Below are positions 54,301 through 61,200 of a DNA stretch of 64,000 nt, one piece after another. Origin of the DNA: Balanoglossus misakiensis (Eukaryota; Animalia; Hemichordata); contig CM082598.2 in NCBI GenBank assembly GCA_040954595.2, positions 4,789,097 through 4,853,096 on the forward strand. The letters run 5' to 3'. Within the stretch, counting starts at the first letter, position 1. Every line of letters starts with the position of its first letter. The translations under genes were made by a program, and so were the position numbers. The notes beneath the pieces are model-generated. The model worked only from the letters and a program-made list of their open reading frames with translations. It was not told the origin of the DNA and did not search any database.

Positions 54301-56283
54301 CAGATGTTTAGAATGGTACGACAAGTCTTTTTAGAGCAAAAAAGAAAACAAGGAGTTCTCCAGTATGTTTTCATAAATATCACTATTATAAATTTTCTTT
54401 ATAGAGTCAAAGTAGAGATTGGTGGCCATTTTGTATTTTAAATTTGAGCAATTTTACTCTCTCGTCAAAGTTTCACAAGATGACCCCTAATTTTTATTCT
54501 CACCTTGAAGAGAAAATAACATCAAGTTGCCTTGAAAAAAATATGAGAAACAGGTTTACGACTAATTTTTAAGGTGCATAATAATATCATAAACATCCAA
54601 CTTGTGTTTAGCCCTATCAGACAGAGGTTAATGTCAAAGGTTGGGATCTAGAAACATGTGAAAAGAACCCTGTTTCGTACATGTTTTTCATTCCAGGGTT
54701 TCAATGCAGTTCAAGAGAAGCTCGAAGTTCAACATACATGTTGACAGTACCAAAATAAAAGTTTGAATTTTTTTGATAATGCAAAATTCAATGGCATACC
54801 CTTTCATAGTTCTACATACAGTAACTACAAAAGTTGCTAAGTGATTCTATTCTAATGTAAATAAATCACAGAAATTTAAAACACTTGTTACAGTAATATT
54901 TTAATGGGGGTAATATTGGATTATTCTGCTATATTCCTTAAATCATATATTGTTTAATTGCATTAAAAGAGACGAAATTACAATGTATTCAAATTTTTCA
55001 TATTTTTATAAAAATTAATTATGAAAACAACAGATGTCTGTTAAAGTATGTGGCATGTGGGTGGCCACAAAAATGTGTGCCTCACAAGGACGAGAGCTAT
55101 CATTTTCATCATTTTTTTGGAACACAAGTGATGCATTTGCTAGTTTCAATTAATTAAATAGAAAAAAAAGGCTAGTTTAATGCTTCATTTTTTAAAAGAA
55201 AAACAACATGCTCTGGCATATATGTCACTACAAATTGCACTGGTAATGGTGGGACGGTTTGTTTTTATACAAATGTTCCGACACCCTGTACATGGCTTCC
55301 GACCTCCAGAAATTTCGGAAACTTGTCAACACGGTGGGTTTCCGCTGAATTATGCAACCTGCAGCATTTCAGGAAATTTTCTCGGCTGATATGCGCAAGG
55401 GGGAAAATAACGCAGACGACAAGCGGGCAAGTTTTAACTTTGGAATGCTAGGAAAAATGCAACTGTCTAATGTGCTTCGGACATGATAAACATTGCACTT
55501 TCGAGTTTGTGGGGCTTCACTTTGCAGAGGATGCAACCATTTTAGCTGATACAGTTCCAGAATCGTACGAACTTGAACTACAAAAAGGTTGCATACAACT
55601 TGAGACCCAGAATTTGGCACACGGGGTAAACAGTCAAAAGTGGGGCTCTGCCCCGAACGAGCAGACAGTACAACTGGGGTCAACTTTTCGAAAACTTGTG
55701 TTAAATACCTAGTTATACTTATATGAAAAGTACATATTTTGCTGCTTTCATCGTCTTCGGTGTTTACATCAAAAGGTGAATTTAAAATGTCTGAATATAC
55801 CGTCAGCACTGGGCCCTTCGCTGACATACATGTAAATTGAAAAATAGTACGTCGCGGTGACAAGGGTACGGTGTAGGAACTTGGCAGCCATTTTGAATGT
55901 TTAACGGGGTCTCGCTGTGCAAAGGAATTCGGCATTTGAAGCCCGTATGGAGGCTTCGCAGACAATCACATAATACTTGCATCCCTGGAATGACATTATT
56001 AATCGACGGAACGGTGGTTATTTTTGCAACATACCTGATGCAGGGCCGTGAGCCCGTCGACGTTTGATGTGTTGATATCGGCCCCTCTATCCATCCAAAA
56101 TTTGACTTCTTCCGTGTCGCCGCTTGCACATGCCGCCAAAAAGACACATCCATCGTCGAACTTGACTTTGATTTTATTAATATTCCGTTTCGTGGTTGTT
56201 TTATTGAGATCTGATTCATTCCAACGCTTGAGTTGTTCAGCTCGACGATTGAGAGCACTCGCTCGCGTATGCTGCTCCGCCAT
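2548..56283 (-). CDS. PPP1R12A: Protein phosphatase 1 regulatory subunit 12 / myosin phosphatase targeting subunit (MYPT, Mbs-like); spliced, 3'-incomplete in window
   Basis: 18 exons with GT..AG boundaries and continuous phase: 56283-56035, 49624-49494, 30511-30393, 29946-29787, 29290-29146, 28733-28659, 26360-26293, 25494-25395, 22519-22394, 21724-21536, 21211-21171, 18398-18174, 16565-16469, 14774-14718, 13323-13252, 3796-3565, 3314-3217, 2748-2548. Carries the MyPhoNE motif RAEQLKRW, PP1-docking KVKF, ankyrin repeats, WRQGLRKTGS, RSASSP, RRSTQGVT (Thr696-type) and RRKATG (Thr853-type). The symbol denotes the family; an invertebrate gene is co-orthologous to PPP1R12A/B/C. Confidence 0.95.
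2802..3072. repeat. (TCAA)n and degenerate (CCAA)n simple repeats
   Basis: Direct inspection. Confidence 0.85.
3217..3314 (-). CDS. PPP1R12A: MYPT exon 17 (Thr853-type site)
   Basis: DKGDDQSSRRTSTGRRRPIKERRKATGVIYLEE; 98 bp; |gtgagt. Confidence 0.9.
3565..3796 (-). CDS. PPP1R12A: MYPT exon 16
   Basis: RTHDDKTEDTPGHHHRSWRSRIESD..EERKRGSLIST; 232 bp, open frame, phase 0 to 1. Confidence 0.8.
4269..4457. mobile_element. TA-flanked MITE with family-A-like termini but a different interior
   Basis: TACTGTAAAAAGCATTAAT..ATTAATGCTTTTACAGTA. Confidence 0.6.
5940..6350. repeat. 62-bp minisatellite, ~6.5 units
   Basis: Unit TGTAACTGCTACAATGTACATCATTGCAAACAATGTGGTTGTTACTTTGTATTACACTGTAG starting at 5941, 6003, 6065 and onward. 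Confidence 0.95.
8008..8205. mobile_element. MITE family A copy
   Basis: Same termini and internal GAGAACGCGAAAATTAAT core. Confidence 0.75.
8984..9296. repeat. 62-bp minisatellite, ~5 units (same unit as 5940-6350)
   Basis: Same unit and orientation. Confidence 0.95.
12651..12818. mobile_element. MITE family B (TA-flanked Tc1/mariner type)
   Basis: TACAGTCAAACCTGT..ACAGGTTTGACTGTA with internal GTGGCC repeats; copies 1346-1510 and 42912-43077; relatives 47451-47556 and partial ~42511. Confidence 0.85.
13252..13323 (-). CDS. PPP1R12A: MYPT exon 15 (internal form; read-through extends to stop at 13027)
   Basis: DNKTADTKETTGYTRRSRRTDDNE; ttacag| and |gtgagc; 72 bp. Confidence 0.82.
13350..14200. 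repeat. Tandem array of ~150-190-bp units made of a MITE-A half plus host flank
   Basis: AGTATGCAACATCATTGTTGGC..GGAATACTGTAAAAC recurs at ~13517, 13707, 13856, 14007. Confidence 0.85.
14718..14774 (-). CDS. PPP1R12A: MYPT exon 14
   Basis: GVTQEDIESAEILVGKPEK completes RRSTQGVT; 57 bp. Confidence 0.9.
14847..15059. mobile_element. MITE family A (TA-flanked, Tc1/mariner-pogo type), ~200 bp
   Basis: Termini TACTGTAAAACACTT..AAGTGTTTTACAGTA; related copies 8008-8205, 28110-28315, 38603-38801, 41901-42101, 45601-45803, partial ~3430-3559. Confidence 0.85.
16469..16565 (-). CDS. PPP1R12A: MYPT exon 13 (inhibitory phosphosite)
   Basis: PQYMTPTTEDTESETQRRSRARRERATRRSTQ, equivalent to the human Thr696 region; |gtgag. 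Confidence 0.95.
16603..16857. repeat. Tandem duplication of ~125 bp
   Basis: GTCTCACAC..AGTTCAGTCAGTCAGTA..AGACCGTTTTCTGAACTC..GTGGGACA occurs twice. Confidence 0.8.
18174..18398 (-). CDS. PPP1R12A: MYPT exon 12 (E-R/E-K dipeptide tract)
   Basis: VVSTNSYTRRRWADMEREREKE..RNYDVTSVTIR; 225 bp, symmetric phase 2. Confidence 0.82.
21171..21211 (-). CDS. PPP1R12A: MYPT exon 11
   Basis: PEDRLGRSSDADS(R); caacag| and |gtaggt; 41 bp; needed to reach the phase-2 start of exon 12. Confidence 0.75.
21536..21724 (-). CDS. PPP1R12A: MYPT exon 10
   Basis: APSFTPKP..PAWRQGLRKTGSSS..LPRSASSP..ESKK; 189 bp; |gtgag. Confidence 0.92.
22394..22519 (-). CDS. PPP1R12A: MYPT exon 9 (acidic)
   Basis: VKKYDESDSSSSEDESSEDEKPK..PAKKE; ttccag| and |gtaagt; 126 bp. 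Confidence 0.88.
25395..25494 (-). CDS. PPP1R12A: MYPT exon 8
   Basis: (R)SSVSRISVSKKDLLMHQDMSVERKQLEEKIHGK, similar to the RRSSV..QD..ER segment of PPP1R12C; 100 bp. Confidence 0.85.
25912..25968 (+). mobile_element. Helitron-like 3' terminus (GC hairpins then CTAG|T)
   Basis: CCCCACGGTGGGG hairpin followed by CACACTAG|T; 5' end not identified. Confidence 0.35.
26293..26360 (-). CDS. PPP1R12A: MYPT exon 7
   Basis: IKKDDKPAAPRIQAKVPPPLKR(R); 68 bp; supplies the phase 0 to 2 shift needed between exons 6 and 8. Confidence 0.8.
27717..27798. repeat. 37-bp tandem repeat, 2.2 units
   Basis: GATATCAACGCGATTTAAATAGCAACCATTCTCGCAC repeated. Confidence 0.8.
28110..28315. mobile_element. MITE family A copy
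   Basis: TACTGTAAAACGG..CCGTTTTACAGTA. Confidence 0.82.
28659..28733 (-). CDS. PPP1R12A: MYPT exon 6
   Basis: GATPFDVADEDTVKWLDELKKKQAS; 75 bp; |gtaagt. Confidence 0.93.
29146..29290 (-). CDS. PPP1R12A: MYPT exon 5 (ankyrin)
   Basis: LLIQAGANINDQDFDGWTPLHAASHWGQKEAAEILVENMADMEAKNKL; 145 bp. Confidence 0.95.
29787..29946 (-). CDS. PPP1R12A: MYPT exon 4
   Basis: YDVEQARTEEENRMLSDANQWLNS..KSGASALHVAASKGYIKVM; 160 bp; |gtaagt. Confidence 0.95.
30393..30511 (-). CDS. PPP1R12A: MYPT exon 3 (ankyrin)
   Basis: FLMDSGSNVLAVNNDGELPVDLAEEEDVQEMLEKEIDKR; tgcag| and |gtgag; 119 bp. Confidence 0.95.
30641..30927. mobile_element. MITE family C copy
   Basis: Palindromic, same arms as 40419-40784. Confidence 0.75.
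34120..34468. repeat. Diverged local tandem duplication
   Basis: GTCCACCTGGGTATTTTGTATGGTTRCAAAATACATCGTACATGA at ~34156 and ~34369. Confidence 0.75.
34752..35028. mobile_element. MITE family D (TTAA-flanked, AGCGCCTAGC termini)
   Basis: TTAAAGCGCCTAGC..GCTAGGCACTTTAA; inverted near-identical copy 49712-50000; diverged copy ~28880-29111. Confidence 0.78.
35744..35930. mobile_element. MITE family E copy
   Basis: Matches 62645-62836; its right TTAA is shared with a family F copy. Confidence 0.75.
38188..38437. mobile_element. MITE family G, CAGTGTTTCA..TGAAACACTG termini, 6-bp TSD (GAACAC)
   Basis: TIRs plus direct repeat GAACAC at 38182-38187 and 38438-38443. Confidence 0.8.
38603..38801. 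mobile_element. MITE family A copy (inverted)
   Basis: TACTGTAAAACGGG..CCCGTTTTACAGTA. Confidence 0.8.
39790..39940. repeat. Dispersed ~150-bp repeat rich in TGACTCA (family I)
   Basis: Related copies at ~36715-36860 (direct) and ~44248-44388 (inverted). Confidence 0.75.
40419..40784. mobile_element. MITE family C: TTAA-flanked, almost fully palindromic (Kolobok-like termini AGGG..CCCT)
   Basis: TTAAAGGGAC..GTCCCTTTAA with long inverted arms; copies 30148-~30365 (partial), 30641-~30927, 44389-44601; similar termini at ~32352-32647. Confidence 0.8.
41901..42101. mobile_element. MITE family A copy
   Basis: Highly similar to 14847-15059. Confidence 0.82.
42912..43077. mobile_element. MITE family B copy
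   Basis: TACAGTCGAACCTGT..GTTTGACTGTA. Confidence 0.8.
43444..43672. mobile_element. MITE family G copy (inverted), 6-bp TSD (CAGATT)
   Basis: Same TIRs and interior; CAGATT at 43438-43443 and 43673-43678. Confidence 0.8.
44389..44601. mobile_element. MITE family C copy (internally deleted)
   Basis: TTAAAGGGACAAAGTCTCTCTCTCGCTGCCC..GGGCAGCGAGAGAGAGACTTTGTCCCTTTAA. Confidence 0.8.
45601..45803. mobile_element. MITE family A copy (inverted)
   Basis: Reverse-complement match to 14847-15059. Confidence 0.82.
47883..47975. mobile_element. MITE family F (~90 bp, piggyBac-type TTAA-CCC..GGG-TTAA)
   Basis: TTAACCCTTTCACC..GGTGAAAGGGTTAA; further copies 48009-48102, ~20275-20366, 22052-22134, 26386-26479, 35927-~36020, 41489-41583, tandem pair ~44984-45165, ~50521-50600. 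Confidence 0.82.
48723..48915. mobile_element. MITE family E (TTAA-flanked, AGGTATAC termini)
   Basis: TTAAAGGTATACAGTC..CATATACCTTTAA; copies 35744-35930, 62645-62836, decayed ~49181-49346. Confidence 0.8.
49494..49624 (-). CDS. PPP1R12A: MYPT exon 2 (ankyrin)
   Basis: AVIDENLDMVEFLVENGTDIEMQDNEGWTALHAAASCGFGEIV; cacag| and |gtaagt; 131 bp; not in ORF track. Confidence 0.95.
49712..50000. mobile_element. MITE family D copy (inverted)
   Basis: Reverse complement of 34795-35028 over ~240 bp. Confidence 0.78.
53132..53220 (+). other. tRNA-derived sequence (SINE head or tRNA pseudogene)
   Basis: A box TGGCCTAGTGG 53139-53149, B box GGTTCAAATCC 53193-53203 in a GTGGG..CCCAC stem, T-run at 53216-53220; acceptor and anticodon stems do not pair. 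Confidence 0.55.
56035..56283 (-). CDS. PPP1R12A: MYPT coding exon 1
   Basis: MAEQHTRASALNRRAEQLKRW..KVKFDDGCVFLAACASGD..DGLTALHQ; donor CAG|gtatgt; 249 bp. Confidence 0.97.
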
Positions 56284-56354
56284 CTTGCTGCACCTTGCCT
56301 ACCCGGCATTCATTGCGCGCTGCTCTTCCTTCAATCACTCAAGAATTTCAATGG

Positions 56355-56391
56355 CACGTGGGACCCAGTTGCTATAGGCACGGTGACGTCA
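56355..56391. promoter_or_regulatory. Motif cluster upstream of MYPT ATG (E-box, X-box-like, CRE)
   Basis: CACGTG 56355-56360, GTTGCTATAGGCAC 56368-56381, TGACGTCA 56384-56391. Confidence 0.4.
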
Positions 56392-58097
56392 TACAGTATT
56401 TTCTGTGATCCCCTCTTTTGTCAACCGTCCCGCTCAGCGCTTCTTCTGAAGCACTTCAGAATATCAGGATGCGCTCTTTCCCCGGGAGTTCAAATAGCTC
56501 TTTCAAAAGCGTATACATCGGGTATCAATTCCATATAAACCAAGCTGATGAAAAGCCTCGCTCCATACATACAACAGACTACAAAATTAAGTCTACAGTA
56601 TACGCGACCCTTCTTAATTATCACTCTGTGTGTTTTTTTATTGTGTAATATAAATAAGTACGCTGACCGAATCAAGTACCGGGCAGAGATTTCTATCGAC
56701 ATGGACGCCAGATTTCTTGGTTTCTTTGATTTTAACGGACTCCACGGAATCGGCCGCAGTATGTTGCATGTAATGTGAGGCATGTTATATCACAATCAAT
56801 TCGTAACAGAAAGTCGTCTGTATTTAATAAAGTAAAACTGCGAAGACTGGCGATGGAAATAGTTGCCACATAATCGAAATAAAGTTCTCTCACTACACTT
56901 GCATATTGTAGTTTACTGAGATTTTCAGGGGTGTGGGTGTTAGCAGGCAAAGCGGGCAAACTCCCTCCCTTTCTGTGGTATGCATATATGGCAACTGCCG
57001 CAGACTATTTCGTCCTGGCAGAGGTCGCCATATTAGGCGAGTGCCGGGCGTTCCATTCCCTTATAAAGCGAAGGTATTTTACCAGGTTACGTCATGGGGT
57101 AAGTTTCCCTTGGTTGAATTCTCCGAGATTGTCAGACGCTGGTGGCGCACACACGCACTTGCCTTTTGCGACCAAATAACGCAGACGAAGGCAAAGGTAA
57201 AAAAAATTCATCAGTCGCAAGGTGGCGCCCTTCAAATCCAGTTCAAGTAGCAGGTTACATTTATGTTTTTTTCATTGAGAATATTTTTAAGTGATATACT
57301 TTATGTTTGGCCAATGACACATGACATGCTTGCTGTGAAAGAATGTTTTATGTGATGTTAATCTGATTTTATCTGCCTTATCGATTATTTTATCGAAAGA
57401 AATCTTCCACTGAGAAAACAAGAATAACACTTGGTGCTCCAGCGTAGTGGCTGTCACAGTTTATTGTTTGGTTTTGTCACGTGTGTCCACGTTGTAGTGA
57501 CACTCACTTAAAATAATGAGTTCTGGATTTGAGTTTTTGTGTGTGTGCAAAGAACAGTATGCACATCGAAAATCAAAGTCTTAACATTTCACTCACGCTT
57601 TGCTTTGCTTTTGGTGGCAACTTTAAAATTGAGAATGAACATTAATGGCAACCGCGCAAAATCGAGCGAGAAAAAATTGTCTGAAATTAAATATTCAAAA
57701 TGGCGGCCAGTCTCTGTGTTAACTCGATGGAGAAAAAATAAGTAGAGATTTGTATGAAAACATGTCTTTTCGTTCTTTCAAGAAGACTCCTCACCCTTTC
57801 TTACATCAAAGAATTGAAAACTTTAGAGAACTCTCTGAAAATCTCCCAGAGGCGAGTGCTACATTAGGACTTACCTTGACCCTTCTTATCTTGGTGTTCG
57901 ATACACTTTGCTATGGCTCAATAAAAGTGACACTTAGTTGATATATATACAAAGTTGCCTTCACAAGCTTATCTCAAACTGTATACCGAACAAAGGATTG
58001 TGAGAGTGTTTTCAAAATACAGAGACTTATCCGCCTTCAAATCAACTCTGTGACATCATTTCCCTCCACTATGATTTATATCAACGGTACAGTGGTA

Positions 58098-58131
58098 TAT
58101 AAATATGTATCAAGTGATACACATTTCATTT
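58098..58131 (+). promoter_or_regulatory. Candidate TATA + Inr core promoter of the SLC13-like gene
   Basis: TATAAA at 58098-58103; TCATTT Inr-like with its A at 58128, exactly 30 nt downstream and 36 nt before the ATG. Confidence 0.55.
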
Positions 58132-58163
58132 CGTTGCGTTGTTTCAGCAGGTATCTTACAGCC

Positions 58164-58277
58164 ATGTCGACTTGCAGGGACGTTTTGAAATATCTATACT
58201 ACAAGAAGAATGTCTTGATACTTGTATTGACTCCATTGCTGTTGTCCCCGTTACTGATTTTTCACTACGATTCCCAG
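58164..58277 (+). CDS. SLC13-like exon 1
   Basis: gccATG MSTCRDVLKYLYYKKNVLILVLTPLLLSPLLIFHYDSQ |gtacgt. Confidence 0.9.
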
Positions 58278-61200
58278 GTACGTCAAATTGTTCTTAATGT
58301 AAAGTTTTTTTTCTTCTGAAAGTACACGTAGAGGTTAGTGTAGATTTCAAGTGTTTTGGTTAATGCGTATATACTCGATTGTTGAAACTCTAACAAGGTT
58401 AAGCTTATGGGTAATACTTGCAAAGCAAACTTTCTGGTGTATACTACAACCTGTTGCATACTATAGGAGAGGACCATTTGATTTCTGGAAGGGGTGGATG
58501 GCGCATTATTTGGGGGGGGGGGGTTGTTGGCAGATGGTGCGGAGGGAAGAAGTGCTTCTGTATTGCCTTGAGGTGGCTGAAAAAACTGCTGATATAACCA
58601 AATCCCCCAGAAATCAAATGGTTCTCTTCATAGGTGGAACTTGCACAGAATAGTAAACGCCCATACCGTGATCAAACTCATCACAGATTGTTATTCACAT
58701 ACAAAGGAGAATCCTAAATTCCACAATGAAAAGAAAAACAATACTTTTATTTTTGCCAATGTATATACTAACACAGGAAGCCAGATGTGCATACGTCTTC
58801 ATTGGACTCATCGTCTTATGGTCAACGCAAGCTGTCCCTCTGCAAGTGACATGCCTGGTACCTCTATTCCTGTTCCCGGTGCTGGGCGTATTGTCTATGG
58901 AAGAAGTGTGTACATTTTACCTGGTCGAGTACATCATCCTGTTCACAGCCTTGATGTTTATATCTTCGGGCGTACAGCGTTATGGACTTCATCGAAGGAT
59001 CGCATTAAGGGGACTGCTTATTGCTGGGTCGGACCCGAAATGGTAAAGTAGCAACAGTTTTCTTAAGCCTCATTTCCTGTATTTGTTGTATAGGGCAGGT
59101 TTGTCTTAACCGCCATCTTGGAAACAAGGTGCGTTGTGGGATAGATTGGAGGGTTTTGGAGGGATACTTCCGCAATTACCCCTCCAAAATCCCTCCAATT
59201 CTATCCCACAACGCACCTTGTTTCCAAGATGGCGGTTAAGACAAACCTGATGTTTTGAAATACAATGGGGAGTAGACTTGATGTAGTTGACACACAAAAC
59301 AAATCTACAGCCAGAAGTTTCTGATATTGGCCCTTTAATATTTCCCCCCAGTTTGCTGCTTGCATTGATGGTCGTGACCGGATTCTTGTCTATGTGGATC
59401 CTCACCCTTGCCCTTGTGTCGATGATGATGCCTATTGTCCAGGAATTGGTCGATCAACTGGCGAACTCATTGGACGAAACGCTCCAAGACCAGGTAGGCG
59501 TGGAAACTAAAATTGGCGATACAATGCATGCCGGGAATCCCCGGATATAGGCCATTTTCGTGACCTCTGACCTTACATCCTTGTACTGTACTTCCGTTGG
59601 TGTACCGGATGTGCATAGGGTTATCAAAATTCAACTTTTACAGTTTTATTGTTCTGTTGCATGTGAATGTTTTGTTCTAGGCAGAATTAAAATGCCAAGT
59701 AGATACGCTCTTCTGACCATATATGGCCTATATGTAAATAAGAAGGCCGATATGTAAATAAGAAGTGACTGTATTCCTTTAGCGTTTGTTTTGTTGCAGC
59801 ACCTCCAAGAAGATGGGATGGGAAAAGGTGGATTAGAACTACCTCAAGTATCCTTGGAAGATCTTGAGGAAGGCACAGCAAGGTATTCTGTGAATGTTTA
59901 CCTTTGTTATGAAGGAATTAAAAAATTTAATCAACTCGATGAGCCCTTGCTTCTGTATGTAATCCGAGCAACATCCACGATGAATGAATATATGCGTGCA
60001 TATGTACCTATATACGTCTGTTTATCACTATTTACGAAAGTTCATGAAATATGCAAATGAGCCAGCGTGTCATTGTACAAAACACATTGCATCAATACAT
60101 CTATACATCTATACATCTATACATCTATACATCTATACATCTATACATACATACATACATACATACATACATACATACATACATACATACATACATACAT
60201 ACATACATACATACATACATACATACATACATACATACATACATACATACATACATACATTGGAAATAATGGTACATGTATTTAATTCTACTTGTTGCAG
60301 TGTCGATGGCAATGTTGGAAACGGTATGAGCAAGAGTACGGACAAACTCGCTGAAAAGTACATACTAGAGGATGCCAAGCGTGAGAAGTACAAACAAAAT
60401 ATTGCAACATGTTTCAATCTTGGTCTAGGCTATTCTGGCATAATAGGAGGATCTGGTTCCCTGGTTGGGAGTATCTCTCAAATGTTAATGAATTCTTACA
60501 TTGAAATGTAAGTACTTGTACACTCAAATAATGTTGTTTACAATTACATGTACATTAAACCACCTAATTCAGGTGACCCAAAGTGTTTGTAAGGCACACG
60601 TGAGCAATAATCCACAGTCGACAGATGTGACGCCTGTGAGGTCACACACAAAACAAAATGTGTTGAGAGATAAATGTAGTCTAATTTATCTCATTTCTTG
60701 AGGGCATGCACTCTGCCCTCTGAAGTGTCCACAGTTATTGTGTTACAACAAGCCCATGCAGCAATACAATGAGTGATACAGGTTCCCCCATTCATATACT
60801 CATTTGCATGTGAATGGGTACAGCGCCAACATGTGTGTGCATTTGAGGGATTTGATACATCTGTGCACATGTGGTGCTTTAAACAATGACTATAACATCA
60901 TTTGTATGACACCAGGTACAGCAAACCACATTCATAATGAATCTTTATGTGGTTGCCCCCTTTTTCATCTTAGTGCATAATTCACTGCATAGATGGTACA
61001 CACAGGGTATATGTTCAATAAAAACGTTTAACTTACATGCATATACCACTCGCATGCTATCTTTGTGCCTCATCATTAACTTTATTTTCAGCTTCTATGG
61101 CCCAGAAGCAAAGATATCTTTTGGAAACTGGTTGTTGTTTGCTGCTCCCACGCAACTAGTTTCACTGTTAATCGGATGGGTGTGGTTAGCGTTCTTGTAT

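Noticed and set aside
55369-56309. 198-aa and 168-aa minus-strand ORFs
   Set aside because: No recognisable domain; one is an off-frame overlap of MYPT exon 1 and the other is intronic.
59984-60417. IHTY/MYVC-repeat ORFs
   Set aside because: Translations of a (TACA)n microsatellite; only 60301-60507 is coding.
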